Source: Actinomycetota bacterium (lineage in GTDB: Bacteria; Actinomycetota; Actinomycetes; S36-B12; GCA-2699445). Taken from it: a stretch of DNA of 64,000 nt. The stretch is taken from positions 29,339 through 93,338 of the forward strand of contig JAPOIY010000004.1 in assembly GCA_029978705.1 (NCBI GenBank), written 5' to 3'. This document shows, piece after piece, positions 18,445 through 30,923 of this stretch (position 1 is its first letter; each line of letters starts with the position of its first letter). The translations under genes and the position numbers were made by a program. The notes under the pieces were generated by a model. It did no database searches, was not told the DNA's origin, and saw only the letters and a list, made by a program, of their open reading frames with translations.

Positions 18445-19527
18445 TCACACGTTGAAGCGGAACTCGACGACGTCGCCGTCGGCCATCACGTAGTCCTTGC
18501 CCTCCATGCGGACCTTGCCCGTGCCGCGCGCCGCCGTCATGCCACCTGCCGTGATGAGTTCGTCGAACCCGATGACCTCGGCCTTGATGAACCCCTTCTG
18601 AAAGTCGGTGTGGATGACGCCTGCGGCTTCCGGGGCGGTGGCACCCACCGGGATCGTCCAGGCCCGCGCCTCCTTGGGGCCCGCGGTCAGGTAGGTCTGC
18701 AGGCCCAGCGTCGCGAAACCCACCCGCGCCAGGGCGTGGATCCCGGACTCGGTCTGTCCGACCGACTCCAGCAGTTCGAGGGCGTCCTCTTCGGGCAGTT
18801 CCACCAACTCCGACTCCACCTTCGCGTCGAGGAAGACCGCCTCTGCCGGTGCCACCAGGTCCCGCATCCGCGTGCGGAAGTCCTCGTCGGTCAGTTCCGC
18901 CTCATCGGCGTTGATCACGTAGATGAAGGGTTTGGCAGTCAGGAGGAACAACTCCCGCAGCGGTTCGGCGTCCATACCGGACGCGAAGATGGTGGTGCCG
19001 GAGTCGAGGATCTCCCGGGCCTGCTCGGCGGCGGCCAGCACGGGAGCCCGGGACTTGTCGTTGCGCGCCTCCTTCACCAACCGCGGCAGCGCCTTCTCCA
19101 CGGTCTGGAGGTCGGCCAGGATCAGCTCGGTGTTGATCGTGGCCATGTCCTCGGCCGGGGAGACGCGTCCCTCGACGTGCACGACGTCGGGGTCGCTGAA
19201 GGCGCGCAGTACCTGGCAGATGGCGTCCGCCTCACGCACATGCGACAGGAACTTGTTGCCCAGACCCTGACCCTCGCTGGCACCCCGGACGATGCCCGCG
19301 ATGTCCACGAACGTCACCGTCGCCGGGAGGATGCGCTCCGAGCCGAACATGTCGGCCAGCCTGGGCAGTCGTTCGTCGGGAACCGCCACCACGCCCGTGT
19401 TGGGTTCGATGGTGGCGAATGGGTAGTTCGCCGCCAGTGCAGCGTCCGGGTTCTTGGTCAGGGCGTTGAACAGCGTCGACTTGCCGACGTTGGGAAGACC
19501 CACGATGCCGATGGAAAGAGAACCCAT
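18445..19527 (-). CDS. ychF: Ribosome-binding ATPase YchF
   Basis: GIVGLPNVGKSTLFNAL, NYPFATIEPN, DIAG, C-terminal TGS domain. Confidence 0.97.
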   Translation of the reverse strand: MGSLSIGIVGLPNVGKSTLFNALTKNPDAALAANYPFATIEPNTGVVAVPDERLPRLADMFGSERILPATVTFVDIAGIVRGASEGQGLGNKFLSHVREADAICQVLRAFSDPDVVHVEGRVSPAEDMATINTELILADLQTVEKALPRLVKEARNDKSRAPVLAAAEQAREILDSGTTIFASGMDAEPLRELFLLTAKPFIYVINADEAELTDEDFRTRMRDLVAPAEAVFLDAKVESELVELPEEDALELLESVGQTESGIHALARVGFATLGLQTYLTAGPKEARAWTIPVGATAPEAAGVIHTDFQKGFIKAEVIGFDELITAGGMTAARGTGKVRMEGKDYVMADGDVVEFRFNV

Positions 19528-19599
19528 CCGGGGATTCTAGGAGAGACCCACCCCTCCGCCCGCCACCCTGGTGTCGGACCCCTACGGGACAGTGCCCCC

Positions 19600-20841
19600 A
19601 TGAGCGATACGACCCTGACCCTGACGGTGGTGGCGCTGGTCGGCCTCCTCGCGGGAATCGCCGTGGGCTGGCAGCTGGCCACTCGGCGCCGACACGCCGC
19701 TGCCGCGGACCACAGCGCCCTGCGGGAGCAACTGGCCGAGCAGGCCGGCAGGCTGCGGGAGGCCGAGAGCACCCGCCTGCGCACGGAGGAGGACCTGGCC
19801 TGGCAGCGGCGCCACAACGGAGACCTGGAGAAGCAGATCCAGCCCCTGCAGCAGGCCCTGCGCGGGCTCCGGGAGCAGATGTCCGACGCCGAGCACCGGC
19901 GCGCCCGCTCGGAGGCCGAACTCGGGGAACGCGTCTCGCGGATGGCGCGGGACTTCGCGGCTGCCAGTCAGGGCGTGCAGCGCGAGGCACGTGCCCTCAC
20001 GGCCGCCCTGGGCCGCACGGAGAAGCGGGGCGCGTGGGGGGAGATGCAGTTGCGGACTCTCGTCGAGGCGTCCGGGTTGGTACGCCACGTGCACTTCGTC
20101 GAGCAGGACCACACCTCCGGGGACGGTGAGAGTGCCGCGCTGCGGCCGGACCTGGTGGTCGACCTCGCCGGTGACCGCCATGCCGTTGTGGACTGCAAGG
20201 TCCCCCTCGACGCGTTCCTGCGCCTGGCCGCGGAGGATGGCGACGCTGAGGAGGCCCTGGCCGAACACGGGCGCCTGGTCCGCGGCCACATCCAGTCCCT
20301 GGGCGGCAAGGAGTACTGGCGGCGGTACAACTCCCCCGAATTCGTGATCCTCTTCCTGCCCAGCGAAGGCCTCCTCAGCAGCGCCCTCGAGGCAAGCCCC
20401 GACATGATCCAGTACGGCCTGGACCGCAAGGTACTGCTCGCCACCCCCACCACCCTGCTCGCCATGCTCCACACCATCACGTACTCATGGCGGCAGGTGG
20501 AGATGGCGCAGCAGGCCCGCGCCATCCAGGCGGCCGGGGTGGAACTGTACGACCGTCTGGTCGGGATGGCCGACAAGTTCGACAAGGTCGGCAAGTCCCT
20601 CAGCCGAGCGGTGGCGGACTACAACGGGCTGGTGGGCAGCGTGGAGCGCCGGGTGCTGGTCAGTGGACGCCGTATGCAGGAGATGGGGGTATCCGACTGC
20701 GAACTCGCCACCGTCGGAACGGTGGCGGACCAGCCGCGCCGCCTGACGGCGCCCGACTGGGTTGACGTGCGGGATCCGCAGTCCCCGCCGGCCGCGACCC
20801 GGCCGGAGGTCACCCCGGAATCGGCTTCGGGGGCCGCCTGA
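19600..20841 (+). CDS. rmuC: DNA recombination protein RmuC
   Basis: N-terminal TM plus coiled coil, RGAWGEMQL, RPD...VDCK, FVILFLPSE, ATPTTL. Confidence 0.9.
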   Translation: MSDTTLTLTVVALVGLLAGIAVGWQLATRRRHAAAADHSALREQLAEQAGRLREAESTRLRTEEDLAWQRRHNGDLEKQIQPLQQALRGLREQMSDAEHRRARSEAELGERVSRMARDFAAASQGVQREARALTAALGRTEKRGAWGEMQLRTLVEASGLVRHVHFVEQDHTSGDGESAALRPDLVVDLAGDRHAVVDCKVPLDAFLRLAAEDGDAEEALAEHGRLVRGHIQSLGGKEYWRRYNSPEFVILFLPSEGLLSSALEASPDMIQYGLDRKVLLATPTTLLAMLHTITYSWRQVEMAQQARAIQAAGVELYDRLVGMADKFDKVGKSLSRAVADYNGLVGSVERRVLVSGRRMQEMGVSDCELATVGTVADQPRRLTAPDWVDVRDPQSPPAATRPEVTPESASGAA

Positions 20842-20898
20842 CCCGACACAAGGCGGGCGCTCCTCCGCATCGCCGACCCCGGCACTTATGGTGGTGGA

Positions 20899-21429
20899 GT
20901 GTCACAGTCAACCCACAGCACCGGCGACGGGCACAGCCCGTGGTGGGAGACCGACCTGTCGGCACCCGACCCGGCCGATGCGACGGTGGTGGACCTGACG
21001 GCGCGGCAACGACCGGAGACCGCACCTCCTGGACCGCTGGTTTCGCCCGGCGGTGGCGTGACAGCCCGGGGCACCTTCCTCGTGATTCTCGTGGCCGCGC
21101 TGGCCGGCTGCCTGCTGGGCTTTGTCCTGAATGGGATGACGGTCGTGCCACCGCTGGCCGGCTACGGGCTCGTGGCCGGGACCGTGGTGGCGACGCTGAT
21201 CTGCTCCCCCCGCCTGGGCTGGTTCCCCGTGTGGTTCCCCCCCGTGGCCTTCTTCCTGGTGGTCGTGACGCTGGGCCAGGTGACTCTGGTCGGAAGCGGG
21301 TTCTCGGTCACCCGGGAGCTGGCGATGGTGATGGCGACGTTGACAGCCCAGGCACCCGCCCAACTCGCGGCCGTCGTGGCCGCTCTAGTCATCCTCGCGG
21401 GTCGTCGCCTGCTGCGCTCCCGGCGCTGA
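20899..21429 (+). CDS. Membrane protein (DUF6542-like), convergent with ispH
   Basis: Four hydrophobic segments; position between rmuC and ispH; leaderless TATGGT-N6-GTG. Confidence 0.6.
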   Translation: MSQSTHSTGDGHSPWWETDLSAPDPADATVVDLTARQRPETAPPGPLVSPGGGVTARGTFLVILVAALAGCLLGFVLNGMTVVPPLAGYGLVAGTVVATLICSPRLGWFPVWFPPVAFFLVVVTLGQVTLVGSGFSVTRELAMVMATLTAQAPAQLAAVVAALVILAGRRLLRSRR

Positions 21430-21453
21430 CGCCGCCGACCCGGGCCTCCTGCC

Positions 21454-22395
21454 TCAGCGCCGACGCAGTTCCTTCGGGAGCGCGAAGGTGAGGGTCTCCT
21501 GCGTGGTCGTCACCGTCTCGACGTCGGCGTATCCCCGTTCGGCCAACCACTGCAGCACCTCCCGCACCAGGACATCCGGGACGGACGCGCCGGACGTGAC
21601 CCCGACGGTGGAGACGCCGGCCAGAATGCCGTCGTCCAGTTCCCCGGCACTGTCGACCCGGACGGCGTCTCGGGCGCCGGCCAACCGTCCGACCTCCACC
21701 AACCGCACACTGTTCGACGAGTTGAGCGACCCGACCACGATGAGCAGGTCACACTGCGGCGCGATCTCCTTGACGGCCTCCTGCCGGTTCTGGGTCGCGT
21801 AGCAGATGTCATCGCTGGGCGGGTCGACGAGATGGGGGAACCTCTCCCGCAGCACGGCGACGGTGGCCAGGGTCTCGTCGACCGACAGAGTCGTCTGCGA
21901 CAGCCACGCCACCTTCTCCTCGGCGATCTGCACGGTCCGGGCCTCTGCGGGGCCGTCGACCAGCGTGATGTGTGCCGGGGCCTCGCCCGTGGTGCCGATG
22001 ACCTCCTCGTGCCCCTCATGCCCGATGAGCAGGATGCGGTACCCCTCCCGCGCGAACCGCCGGGCCTCGTTGTGGACCTTGGAGACGAGCGGACAGGTGG
22101 CGTCGACAGCGGTGAGTTGGCGGGCCGCCGCCTCCTCATGCACGACCGGGGCCACACCGTGGGCGGAGAAGACCACCGTGGCCCCCTCGGGGACCTCGTC
22201 GTTCTCCTCGACGAAGATCACGCCTTGTGCCTGCAGGGTCTCGACGACGTGGCGGTTGTGCACGATCTCCTTGCGGACGTAGATCGGTGCCCCTTGCCGC
22301 TCCAGCAATTGTTCCACGGTGTCGACGGCGCGCTCGACTCCCGCGCAATACCCACGCGGGGACGCCAACAGAACCCTCTTGCCCGTCTTGTGCAT
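21454..22395 (-). CDS. ispH: 4-hydroxy-3-methylbut-2-enyl diphosphate reductase
   Basis: [39 protein letters not shown]. Confidence 0.97.
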   Translation of the reverse strand: MHKTGKRVLLASPRGYCAGVERAVDTVEQLLERQGAPIYVRKEIVHNRHVVETLQAQGVIFVEENDEVPEGATVVFSAHGVAPVVHEEAAARQLTAVDATCPLVSKVHNEARRFAREGYRILLIGHEGHEEVIGTTGEAPAHITLVDGPAEARTVQIAEEKVAWLSQTTLSVDETLATVAVLRERFPHLVDPPSDDICYATQNRQEAVKEIAPQCDLLIVVGSLNSSNSVRLVEVGRLAGARDAVRVDSAGELDDGILAGVSTVGVTSGASVPDVLVREVLQWLAERGYADVETVTTTQETLTFALPKELRRR

Positions 22396-22457
22396 AGGTC
22401 CATCGTAGGTGTTCCCACGCAACCGGCCATGTCGGCGCGGACCACTAGGGTGGGCCC

Positions 22458-23810
22458 ATGACCGCCGACAAGCCGGGCACGAGCAGCGAGTCCCCCATCC
22501 CGGTGCGCACGGCCGCCCGTCTCATCCGCCAGTGGATCGACCGCCTGGGACAGGTGTGGGTCGAAGGTCAGGTGTCCCAGGTCCGCGCCCGCCGCTCCAC
22601 GGTGTGGATCACCCTGCGGGACCCTGACACCGATATCTCGATCCCGCTCATGGCCACAGCCACCGCAGCGCGGGCGGCGGGTCTGGCCGAGGGGCAGCGG
22701 GTCGTCGCGCAGCTCAAGGTCAACTACTTCGATCGGACCGGCGCTCTGACGTGGCGGGCGGCGGCGTTCCGGACCGTGGGGGTCGGCGCCCTCCTGCAGC
22801 AACTCGAGCATCTCCGGCAGACCCTGGCCCAGGAGGGCCTGTTCCGCGATGAGCACAAGCAGCCACTGCCTGTGGTGCCCACCCGGATCGGCCTGATCTG
22901 TGGCACCAACAGCGCCGCCCAGCGCGATGTGGAAGTGAACGCGCGGCATCACTGGCCCGGCGCCCTCTTCGAGGTCCGGCAGGTGAGCGTGCAGGGCGCC
23001 GAAGCGGTGGCCGACGTCGTCTCGGCGCTCGTCGAGCTGGACAACCACCCCCACGTCGACGTCATCGTGATCACTCGGGGCGGGGGGTCGTTCGAGGACC
23101 TGCTGCCATTCAGCAACGAGACGATGCTGCGGGCTGTGTTCGCGGCGGCTACCCCCGTGATCTCCGCCATCGGTCACGAGGAGGACAGCCCGCTGCTCGA
23201 CCTCGTGGCCGACGTACGCGCGTCGACTCCCACCGCCGCCGGCAAACTCGTCGTCCCGGACCTCCTGGCGGAGTGTGACTACGTGGCGGACGCCCTCAGC
23301 CGGGTCCGCACCCTGTGCGGCGACCGCATCGCCCGGGAACGCCTCATCATCGGCAACCTGACCGACCGGCCCGTCATGGCCGGCCCGCAGCGCATCCTGG
23401 CCGAGCAGAGACAGCGGCTCGGCGACTACCGGCGCCGGTCGGCAGCCGCCCTGTCCGGTCGGTTGCGCCACGAACGGCGCGGACTCGCTGCTCTCGCCGA
23501 CCGTCCTGTCCGCCAGCGTCCCCATGACCTCCTGGCCGCGCGGCAGCGCGACCTCGCCCACGACCTGGTCCAGTTGCGCCGGGCGGCACGCGGTGGCCTG
23601 CGCGAGGCCCGGCAACGCCTGGACGCCGAGACCGGCCGACTGGCCGCGCTGTCCCCCCAGGCCACGTTGGAGCGGGGCTACGCCATCGTGCGCGACCCCG
23701 GTGGTGGCGTCGTGGTCGACGCCACCACCGTGCGGGCCGGACAGCCACTGGACGTGCGGGTGGCGCGGGGATCGTTCGCCGTGACCGTCGACCCGGAGGA
23801 GGACAGATGA
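22458..23810 (+). CDS. xseA: Exodeoxyribonuclease VII large subunit
   Basis: VWVEGQ OB fold, [29 protein letters not shown]. Confidence 0.95.
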   Translation: MTADKPGTSSESPIPVRTAARLIRQWIDRLGQVWVEGQVSQVRARRSTVWITLRDPDTDISIPLMATATAARAAGLAEGQRVVAQLKVNYFDRTGALTWRAAAFRTVGVGALLQQLEHLRQTLAQEGLFRDEHKQPLPVVPTRIGLICGTNSAAQRDVEVNARHHWPGALFEVRQVSVQGAEAVADVVSALVELDNHPHVDVIVITRGGGSFEDLLPFSNETMLRAVFAAATPVISAIGHEEDSPLLDLVADVRASTPTAAGKLVVPDLLAECDYVADALSRVRTLCGDRIARERLIIGNLTDRPVMAGPQRILAEQRQRLGDYRRRSAAALSGRLRHERRGLAALADRPVRQRPHDLLAARQRDLAHDLVQLRRAARGGLREARQRLDAETGRLAALSPQATLERGYAIVRDPGGGVVVDATTVRAGQPLDVRVARGSFAVTVDPEEDR

Positions 23811-24058
23811 GCGACGACCTGACAGTGCTGCTGGAGGCCGACCCGGCCTCCCTGTCGTACGAGCAGGCCCGCGACGGCCTGGCGGCCATCGTCGGTCGTC
23901 TGGAGGCCGGGGACGCGCCGCTGGACGAGGCCCTGCGGCTGTGGGAGAGGGGCGAGGCCCTGGCCCGCCGGTGCAGCGACTACCTGGACGCCGCCGACAA
24001 ACGCCTGTCGGAGGTCGTCGGCGAACAGCCGCCCGCTCAGCCCGACGCGCCCTTCTGA
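23807..24058 (+). CDS. xseB: Exodeoxyribonuclease VII small subunit
   Basis: LSYEQARDGL..IV..LE.G..PLDEAL.LWERGE. Confidence 0.95.
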   Translation: MSDDLTVLLEADPASLSYEQARDGLAAIVGRLEAGDAPLDEALRLWERGEALARRCSDYLDAADKRLSEVVGEQPPAQPDAPF

Positions 24059-24597
24059 GACAGCGGCCGCAAGGAGTCACGGAAGGCGATCAATTCCGGC
24101 CAGGGCAGCGTTCCCGTCACGATCGTGGTGACGCCGCCCGCGGTGCGCACCAGCGAGCGCTGGTCGTTCCCGGTCAGAGGCTGCCAGCCCGGGGTGGGAG
24201 GTGCATCCTCAGCGGGCAGACCGTCGAGCGTCTGTTCCTCGATGAAGGACTCGGTGTCGTTCTCCGACTGCACCACCGCCACATACTGGTCGCCGGGGCC
24301 GACCCACCCGGTGAACCAGACGGGCAATTCGTCGGACTCCTCGGTCGGTTCGAACCGCGCGGACGTGGCCTGCCAGCCGGCGGGCACCCGCGGCAGCACG
24401 AGTGGGAAGTCGGCCACGATCTGCGCGGTCTGCGCGGCGGGCCCGGGGTCGACGGCGCGGACCGGGTCGGGTTGCGGGCGCCAGGTGAGGAGCAGGACCA
24501 GGAAGATGATCCCGGCGACGATGCCCATCGACAGCGCCATGTCCCGCACCGTTTTCGGCAGTTGCCGTTTGGCGGGCTCGGTCCTGGACTCGGTCAC
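24037..24597 (-). CDS. DUF4245 family membrane protein (Rv1100-like)
   Basis: TVRDMALS, one TM, VPAGWQATSAR, TTIVTG; syntenic with xseB. Confidence 0.75.
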   Translation of the reverse strand: MTESRTEPAKRQLPKTVRDMALSMGIVAGIIFLVLLLTWRPQPDPVRAVDPGPAAQTAQIVADFPLVLPRVPAGWQATSARFEPTEESDELPVWFTGWVGPGDQYVAVVQSENDTESFIEEQTLDGLPAEDAPPTPGWQPLTGNDQRSLVRTAGGVTTIVTGTLPWPELIAFRDSLRPLSQKGASG

Positions 24598-24657
24598 CCC
24601 CCTATGCTGCCCCACACCCGGCCGCCCGGCAGCGTCGCGGGGCCATAGGCTGTGCCC

Positions 24658-26322
<1,665 letters not shown>

Positions 26323-26325
26323 GCG

Positions 26326-27585
26326 TCAGCCGATCGCCCGCTGGTAGGAGCGGTACATCCCGCGGTCGGTGCCGGCCAGGTTCCAGGCGTAGACCCCGCC
26401 GATGCCCTCGTCGCGGGCCATCTGCGCGCGTTTCACGAGGGCTTTGCCGGAGGAGAACCAGACCGTGCGGGACAGCGTGCACGTGCGAGTCCGGGCGCCC
26501 CGCTTCACCCGACCACTGGCCCGCTCCCCGTAGCGGAACGTGTACTCACCGGTCCGGCGGTCCAGCCGCGGGCGCGTGCCGTGCTCCCGGGCCAGGGCAC
26601 GGGCATCGGCGGCAGTCACGGAGAACAGGTCGGCGGAACTGTCCGGACGCCAGGCCGCCGGGCACTTCCCGATCGTGCGGGGGCGTCCCCCCACGCCGGG
26701 CGTCGGCCAGGACTTGCCGTACAGCGGCACCCCGACCACGATCTTGTGCGCGTTGTCGCGGCCCATCTGGACGATGGCGGACCGCACGACCTGCCGCGCC
26801 CACGGGTTGGGGCCGATGGGACCGGGCCGGTCCCACGAGTAGTCGTAGGTCATCAGGTTCAGCCGGTCCACGGAGTCAGCGATGGCGCCCCAGTCGTAGA
26901 CCCAGTATCCGGACCCGGACCGCGGACGCCCGTCGGCGGTGAACGGCTGTGCTCCCGCGGGCACCGTGACGGACAGCATCCGGTCCTTCTTGTGCAGGGC
27001 CGCCGCCAACTGCCGGATGGTGGCCACGAAGGCCGGGCGGGTGCGGCGCCACGACCCCGACCCGTCGTGGTAGGCGAAACTCTCCCAGTCCAGATCCAGC
27101 CCGTCCGCTCCGAGGTCGACCGTCCACGTCACGAGCGTCGCGATCAGGTCGCGGCGCCGCGAGTTATGACGGAGCACGCCGGCCAGTTGGCCGGAGCGGG
27201 CCGCATCCAGGTCGATGTGGGAGACCCAGGTGCGCACGTCCCCCAGTTCCGACCACGACGCGGCCAGCTCCGCCGATTCGTAGGGACGTTTCGCGGATGC
27301 GGGCACACACCCGGAGTGGAAGGTGAGGGCGCAGACGGGGCGGGACCGTCCCGCGAACTGCCACCCGAAGATCGCCACATCGGTGAGCACGCCGCGGCCG
27401 TCCTTCACCTTCTGCGCCACGGTCTCGGGTGGGTGCCAGTTGCCGAACCAGCCGCCGATGACCGGTGCGCCCCGCTGGGCCGTCACGTCCACCTGCGGCG
27501 CGGCCGGAGCCGGCATGGCCAGGCAGCCCGCCGCGACAGCGGCACACAGCAGTCCGGGAAGGGGCATGGGGGAACGGTAGGTCAC
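26326..27585 (-). CDS. Secreted glycoside hydrolase family 18 protein
   Basis: Signal peptide; DGLDLDWE (DxxDxDxE), LMTYDY, KIVVGVPLYG, GGVYAW. Confidence 0.8.
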   Translation of the reverse strand: MTYRSPMPLPGLLCAAVAAGCLAMPAPAAPQVDVTAQRGAPVIGGWFGNWHPPETVAQKVKDGRGVLTDVAIFGWQFAGRSRPVCALTFHSGCVPASAKRPYESAELAASWSELGDVRTWVSHIDLDAARSGQLAGVLRHNSRRRDLIATLVTWTVDLGADGLDLDWESFAYHDGSGSWRRTRPAFVATIRQLAAALHKKDRMLSVTVPAGAQPFTADGRPRSGSGYWVYDWGAIADSVDRLNLMTYDYSWDRPGPIGPNPWARQVVRSAIVQMGRDNAHKIVVGVPLYGKSWPTPGVGGRPRTIGKCPAAWRPDSSADLFSVTAADARALAREHGTRPRLDRRTGEYTFRYGERASGRVKRGARTRTCTLSRTVWFSSGKALVKRAQMARDEGIGGVYAWNLAGTDRGMYRSYQRAIG

Positions 27586-27634
27586 CCCCGGGGGGCGACG
27601 CCGGACTTCCGCCCAGAACCACCGGATCGGCGAC

Positions 27635-28966
27635 TCAGAGTCCCGCGAGGATCTCCGTGACGAGAGCGGCGACCGGCGAGCGTTCCGCGCGGGTCAGGGT
27701 GATGTGGGCGAACAGCGGATGTCCTTTGAGCTTCTCGATGACCGCCACCACTCCGTCGTGGCGGCCGACCCGCAGGTTGTCGCGCTGCCCGATGTCGTGC
27801 GTCAGCACCACCCGGCTGTCCTTGCCGATCCGGGAGAGCACCGTCAGAAGCACGTTGCGCTCCAACGACTGGGCCTCGTCGACGATGACGAACGCGTCAT
27901 GCAGGGAGCGTCCCCGGATGTGCGTCAGCGGCAAGACCTCGAGCAGGTCGCGGGCCAGGACCTCGTCGATGACTTCCGGCGACGTGATCGCGGACAGGGT
28001 GTCGAACACCGCCTGGCCCCACGGTGACATCTTCTCGTGCTCCGACCCGGGCAGGTAGCCCAGCTCCTGACCCCCCACCGCGTACAGGGGGCGGAAGACC
28101 ATGATCTTGCGGTGCGCGCCGCGCTCGACGACCGACTCCAGTCCGGCGGCCAGCGCCAGCGCACTCTTGCCCGTACCGGCCCGCCCACCCATGGACACGA
28201 TGCCGATCTCCGGGTCTAGCAGGGCGTCGAGGGCGATGCGCTGCTCCGCGCTGCGGCCATGTACCCCGAAGGCCTCGAGGTCCCCGCGCACCAACCGGAT
28301 CCGCTTGTCCGGCACCACGCGACCCAGCGCACTCCCGCGTTCACTGATCAGCACGACTCCTGCGTTGGGCAGCAGGTCCGTGGTGTCGTCACCCTGCGGA
28401 GGGTCGAGGAAACCCCTCTCGTACAGCCGGTCGATGTCGCCCCCGGAGACTTCGAGGTCGACCATCCCGGTCCACCCCGACTCCACCACCAATTCGGCGC
28501 GGTACTCCTCGGCGGCCAGTCCCAGGACCGCGGCCTTGACGCGCATCGGGAGGTCCTTGGACACCAGCACCACGTCGCATCCCTCCGCGGCGAGGTTGCG
28601 CGCCACCGACAGGATGCGGGAGTCGTTGTCCCCCAGCCGGAACCCCGGGGGGAGGATCTCCGCGTCCGTATGGTTGATCTCGACCCGCAGGGTGCCTCCG
28701 GCCTCACCGACCGGGGTGGGGATGTCCAGCCGCCCCAGCTCCACGCGACGGTCGTCGAGGAACCGCAGCGCCTGACGGGCGTAGTACCCCAACTCGGGGT
28801 GGGTGCGTTTGGCCTCGAGTTCGGTCACCACGATGAGCGGCACGACGACGTCGTGCTCCGCGAACCGGGTCATCGCGAGGGGATCGCTCAGCAGGACCGA
28901 CGTGTCCAGTACATAGGTCCGGCGCGGCTCGGGCCCGCTGGTGATCTCGTCCTGCGACCCCGACAT
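27635..28966 (-). CDS. phoH2: PIN-PhoH protein (PhoH2)
   Basis: [12 protein letters not shown] domain; [19 protein letters not shown]. Confidence 0.92.
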   Translation of the reverse strand: MSGSQDEITSGPEPRRTYVLDTSVLLSDPLAMTRFAEHDVVVPLIVVTELEAKRTHPELGYYARQALRFLDDRRVELGRLDIPTPVGEAGGTLRVEINHTDAEILPPGFRLGDNDSRILSVARNLAAEGCDVVLVSKDLPMRVKAAVLGLAAEEYRAELVVESGWTGMVDLEVSGGDIDRLYERGFLDPPQGDDTTDLLPNAGVVLISERGSALGRVVPDKRIRLVRGDLEAFGVHGRSAEQRIALDALLDPEIGIVSMGGRAGTGKSALALAAGLESVVERGAHRKIMVFRPLYAVGGQELGYLPGSEHEKMSPWGQAVFDTLSAITSPEVIDEVLARDLLEVLPLTHIRGRSLHDAFVIVDEAQSLERNVLLTVLSRIGKDSRVVLTHDIGQRDNLRVGRHDGVVAVIEKLKGHPLFAHITLTRAERSPVAALVTEILAGL

Positions 28967-29039
28967 ACGACCTCCGCTCGCCCGGATAGCCCGACGCTAC
29001 GTGCCCGCGGGGCCGGGGGCGGTGCGCCACGCCGGGGGG

Positions 29040-30203
29040 TCAGGTCGCGGCGACCCGATCGGGGAGGGGGGACCGGGTCAGGATCCAGGCGGCCGCGAAG
29101 GTCGTGATCGGCACCGCGGCGATGATCCCCAGGCTGCCGACCAGGGAGCGGACGACCTCCTGCGCGATGAACTCGCTGCTCAGCGTGTGGGTGAGGGACG
29201 ACTGCGACATGACCAGGATCAGGAACAGGGGCAGCGAGGCCCCGATGTAGGCGAGTACGAGCGTGTTGACCGTGGCGGCCACGTGGTCGCGACCCACCCG
29301 CATCCCGGCGGCGAACAGGTCCCGGAGGGAACTCTCCGGCCGTGCCCGCCGCACCTCCCAGACCGCTGCCGCCTGCGTGACCGTGACGTCGTCGAGCACG
29401 CCGAGCGCACCGATCACCAGTCCGGCGAGGAACAGTCCGCGCAGGTCGATGGCGAAGTCGATCGGCGCGTTCTGCAGGTAGAAGGCGTCTTCCCCGCCCA
29501 CCCCGGTGAAACTGGCGGCAACCGTGAAGACTGCGCCCAGGACCGCGGTCAGCAGGAGCGCGATGACGGTTCCGATGAGCGCCACCGCGGTGCGGATGGT
29601 GAAGCCGTGCGCCAGTCCCATGGTCGCCATGGCGATTGCCGCGGCCCCCACGGCAGCCACCGCCAGAGGGGAGCTCCCCTGCAGCAGCGCCGGCAGCACG
29701 AAGGCGCCGAGGATGACGATGGAGACCACCAGACCCAGCAGCGCGGTCACTCCCTTCCAGCGGGACAGGACGACCACGGCCGCGGCGAACAGGAGCACCA
29801 GGAGCAGGAGCGCCTGGTCGCGTTTGACGTCGGCGAAGCCGTAGGCCACCCGTTCGCCGTCCGGCACCACCGTCAGCCACACCTCGGAGCCGACCTCCAC
29901 CTGGGGACCGCCCTGCCCCGCCTGCAGGCTCTGGATGGTGCTGCCGCCGGGGGCGGGACCGTCCAGGACCTCGATCACCGCCTCCTGGCAGTCCGGCTGG
30001 GCGGGCACGCAGGCGCGGAGGTCGCTGACCCGCCCGGTCGCGTACTGGGTCTCCCCCAGGCTCGGGGTCTCGCCGCGGGGCCACAGCCACACCATGCCGA
30101 GGACGGTGACGGCCACCAGGACCAGCACCGTGCCGAGCACGTACTTGCGGAGCTCCGGCGGCAGCGACCAGTCCTCCTGATCGTGCGAATGTCCTGCGCC
30201 CAT
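29040..30203 (-). CDS. YibE/F family membrane protein
   Basis: GAGHSH N-terminus, IGALGVLDDVTVTQ, GRDHVAATVNTLVLAY. Confidence 0.9.
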   Translation of the reverse strand: MGAGHSHDQEDWSLPPELRKYVLGTVLVLVAVTVLGMVWLWPRGETPSLGETQYATGRVSDLRACVPAQPDCQEAVIEVLDGPAPGGSTIQSLQAGQGGPQVEVGSEVWLTVVPDGERVAYGFADVKRDQALLLLVLLFAAAVVVLSRWKGVTALLGLVVSIVILGAFVLPALLQGSSPLAVAAVGAAAIAMATMGLAHGFTIRTAVALIGTVIALLLTAVLGAVFTVAASFTGVGGEDAFYLQNAPIDFAIDLRGLFLAGLVIGALGVLDDVTVTQAAAVWEVRRARPESSLRDLFAAGMRVGRDHVAATVNTLVLAYIGASLPLFLILVMSQSSLTHTLSSEFIAQEVVRSLVGSLGIIAAVPITTFAAAWILTRSPLPDRVAAT

Positions 30204-30206
30204 CGC

Positions 30207-30923
30207 CTACTCGTACGGGTTGTGGGGTTCGGCGACGGGCGTCACGTGGGCCGCGCGGACGAGGGGGATGGCGGCGGCGGCGTGCACTCCGCCGCCTGGC
30301 GTCCAGGTCCCGGTCAGTTCGACCCACGTGTCGGCCGGCAGGTCGCCGGCCCCGAGGACCTTGATGCGCGAGGCCTGCGCGTCGGCCGCGCAGCAGGTCA
30401 TGGCCATGCGGGTGAGCCACCATCCCCCGGCAGGGTCGGGGGTGACGAAGCCGACCATGCGGACGTCCCGGTCGCGTAGCGTCCGTCCGTCGTCCCAGAC
30501 GGCGCGGATCACGTAGTCGCGCAGGGACAGGTCGGCGACGGCGCCGGCGGGCAGCGCCGGGAGGTCGGCCTGCGCGGCGGGGGCCACCGACGATGCGGCC
30601 TGCCGGCTCGCGCTGAAGGCTCCCAGCGCAGAGGGCGCGACGACGTACACGGCGAGTACCGGCAGCAACAGCAGGTAGGCCACCCGGGGACCATGCGAAT
30701 GATCGTGGCTGTCCGCGGTGAGGTCGATCACCGCCGGGGCGCGCCCCGCCCGTACCGCCTGCCAGAGCGTGTATCCCCCGAAGACCAGCAGGGCCACACC
30801 CGACGCCAGCAGGAAGGACTTCATCCCCTCCGCCACGTAGAACAGGTACTGGCCGCCCACGGCGAGGCGCAGCACGGTGACCCCGACGAGGAGCAGCAGA
30901 ATGCCCTGCACGTCGCGCCTCAC
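30207..30923 (-). CDS. TIGR03943 (YcgQ-like) putative permease subunit
   Basis: His-rich DSHDHSHGP, GFVT, MTCCAADA, WVELTG, EPHNPY. Confidence 0.85.
   Translation of the reverse strand: MRRDVQGILLLLVGVTVLRLAVGGQYLFYVAEGMKSFLLASGVALLVFGGYTLWQAVRAGRAPAVIDLTADSHDHSHGPRVAYLLLLPVLAVYVVAPSALGAFSASRQAASSVAPAAQADLPALPAGAVADLSLRDYVIRAVWDDGRTLRDRDVRMVGFVTPDPAGGWWLTRMAMTCCAADAQASRIKVLGAGDLPADTWVELTGTWTPGGGVHAAAAIPLVRAAHVTPVAEPHNPYE

Noticed and set aside
17368..19599. 1157-aa ORF suggesting a giant RmuC fusion
   Set aside because: The upstream part is the antisense shadow of ychF and two other genes; RmuC-like sequence starts at ATG 19600.
27635..28966. PIN domain as a toxin-antitoxin or defence system
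   Set aside because: This is the conserved PhoH2 in its usual context, and no antitoxin ORF fits in the ~70-bp upstream gap.
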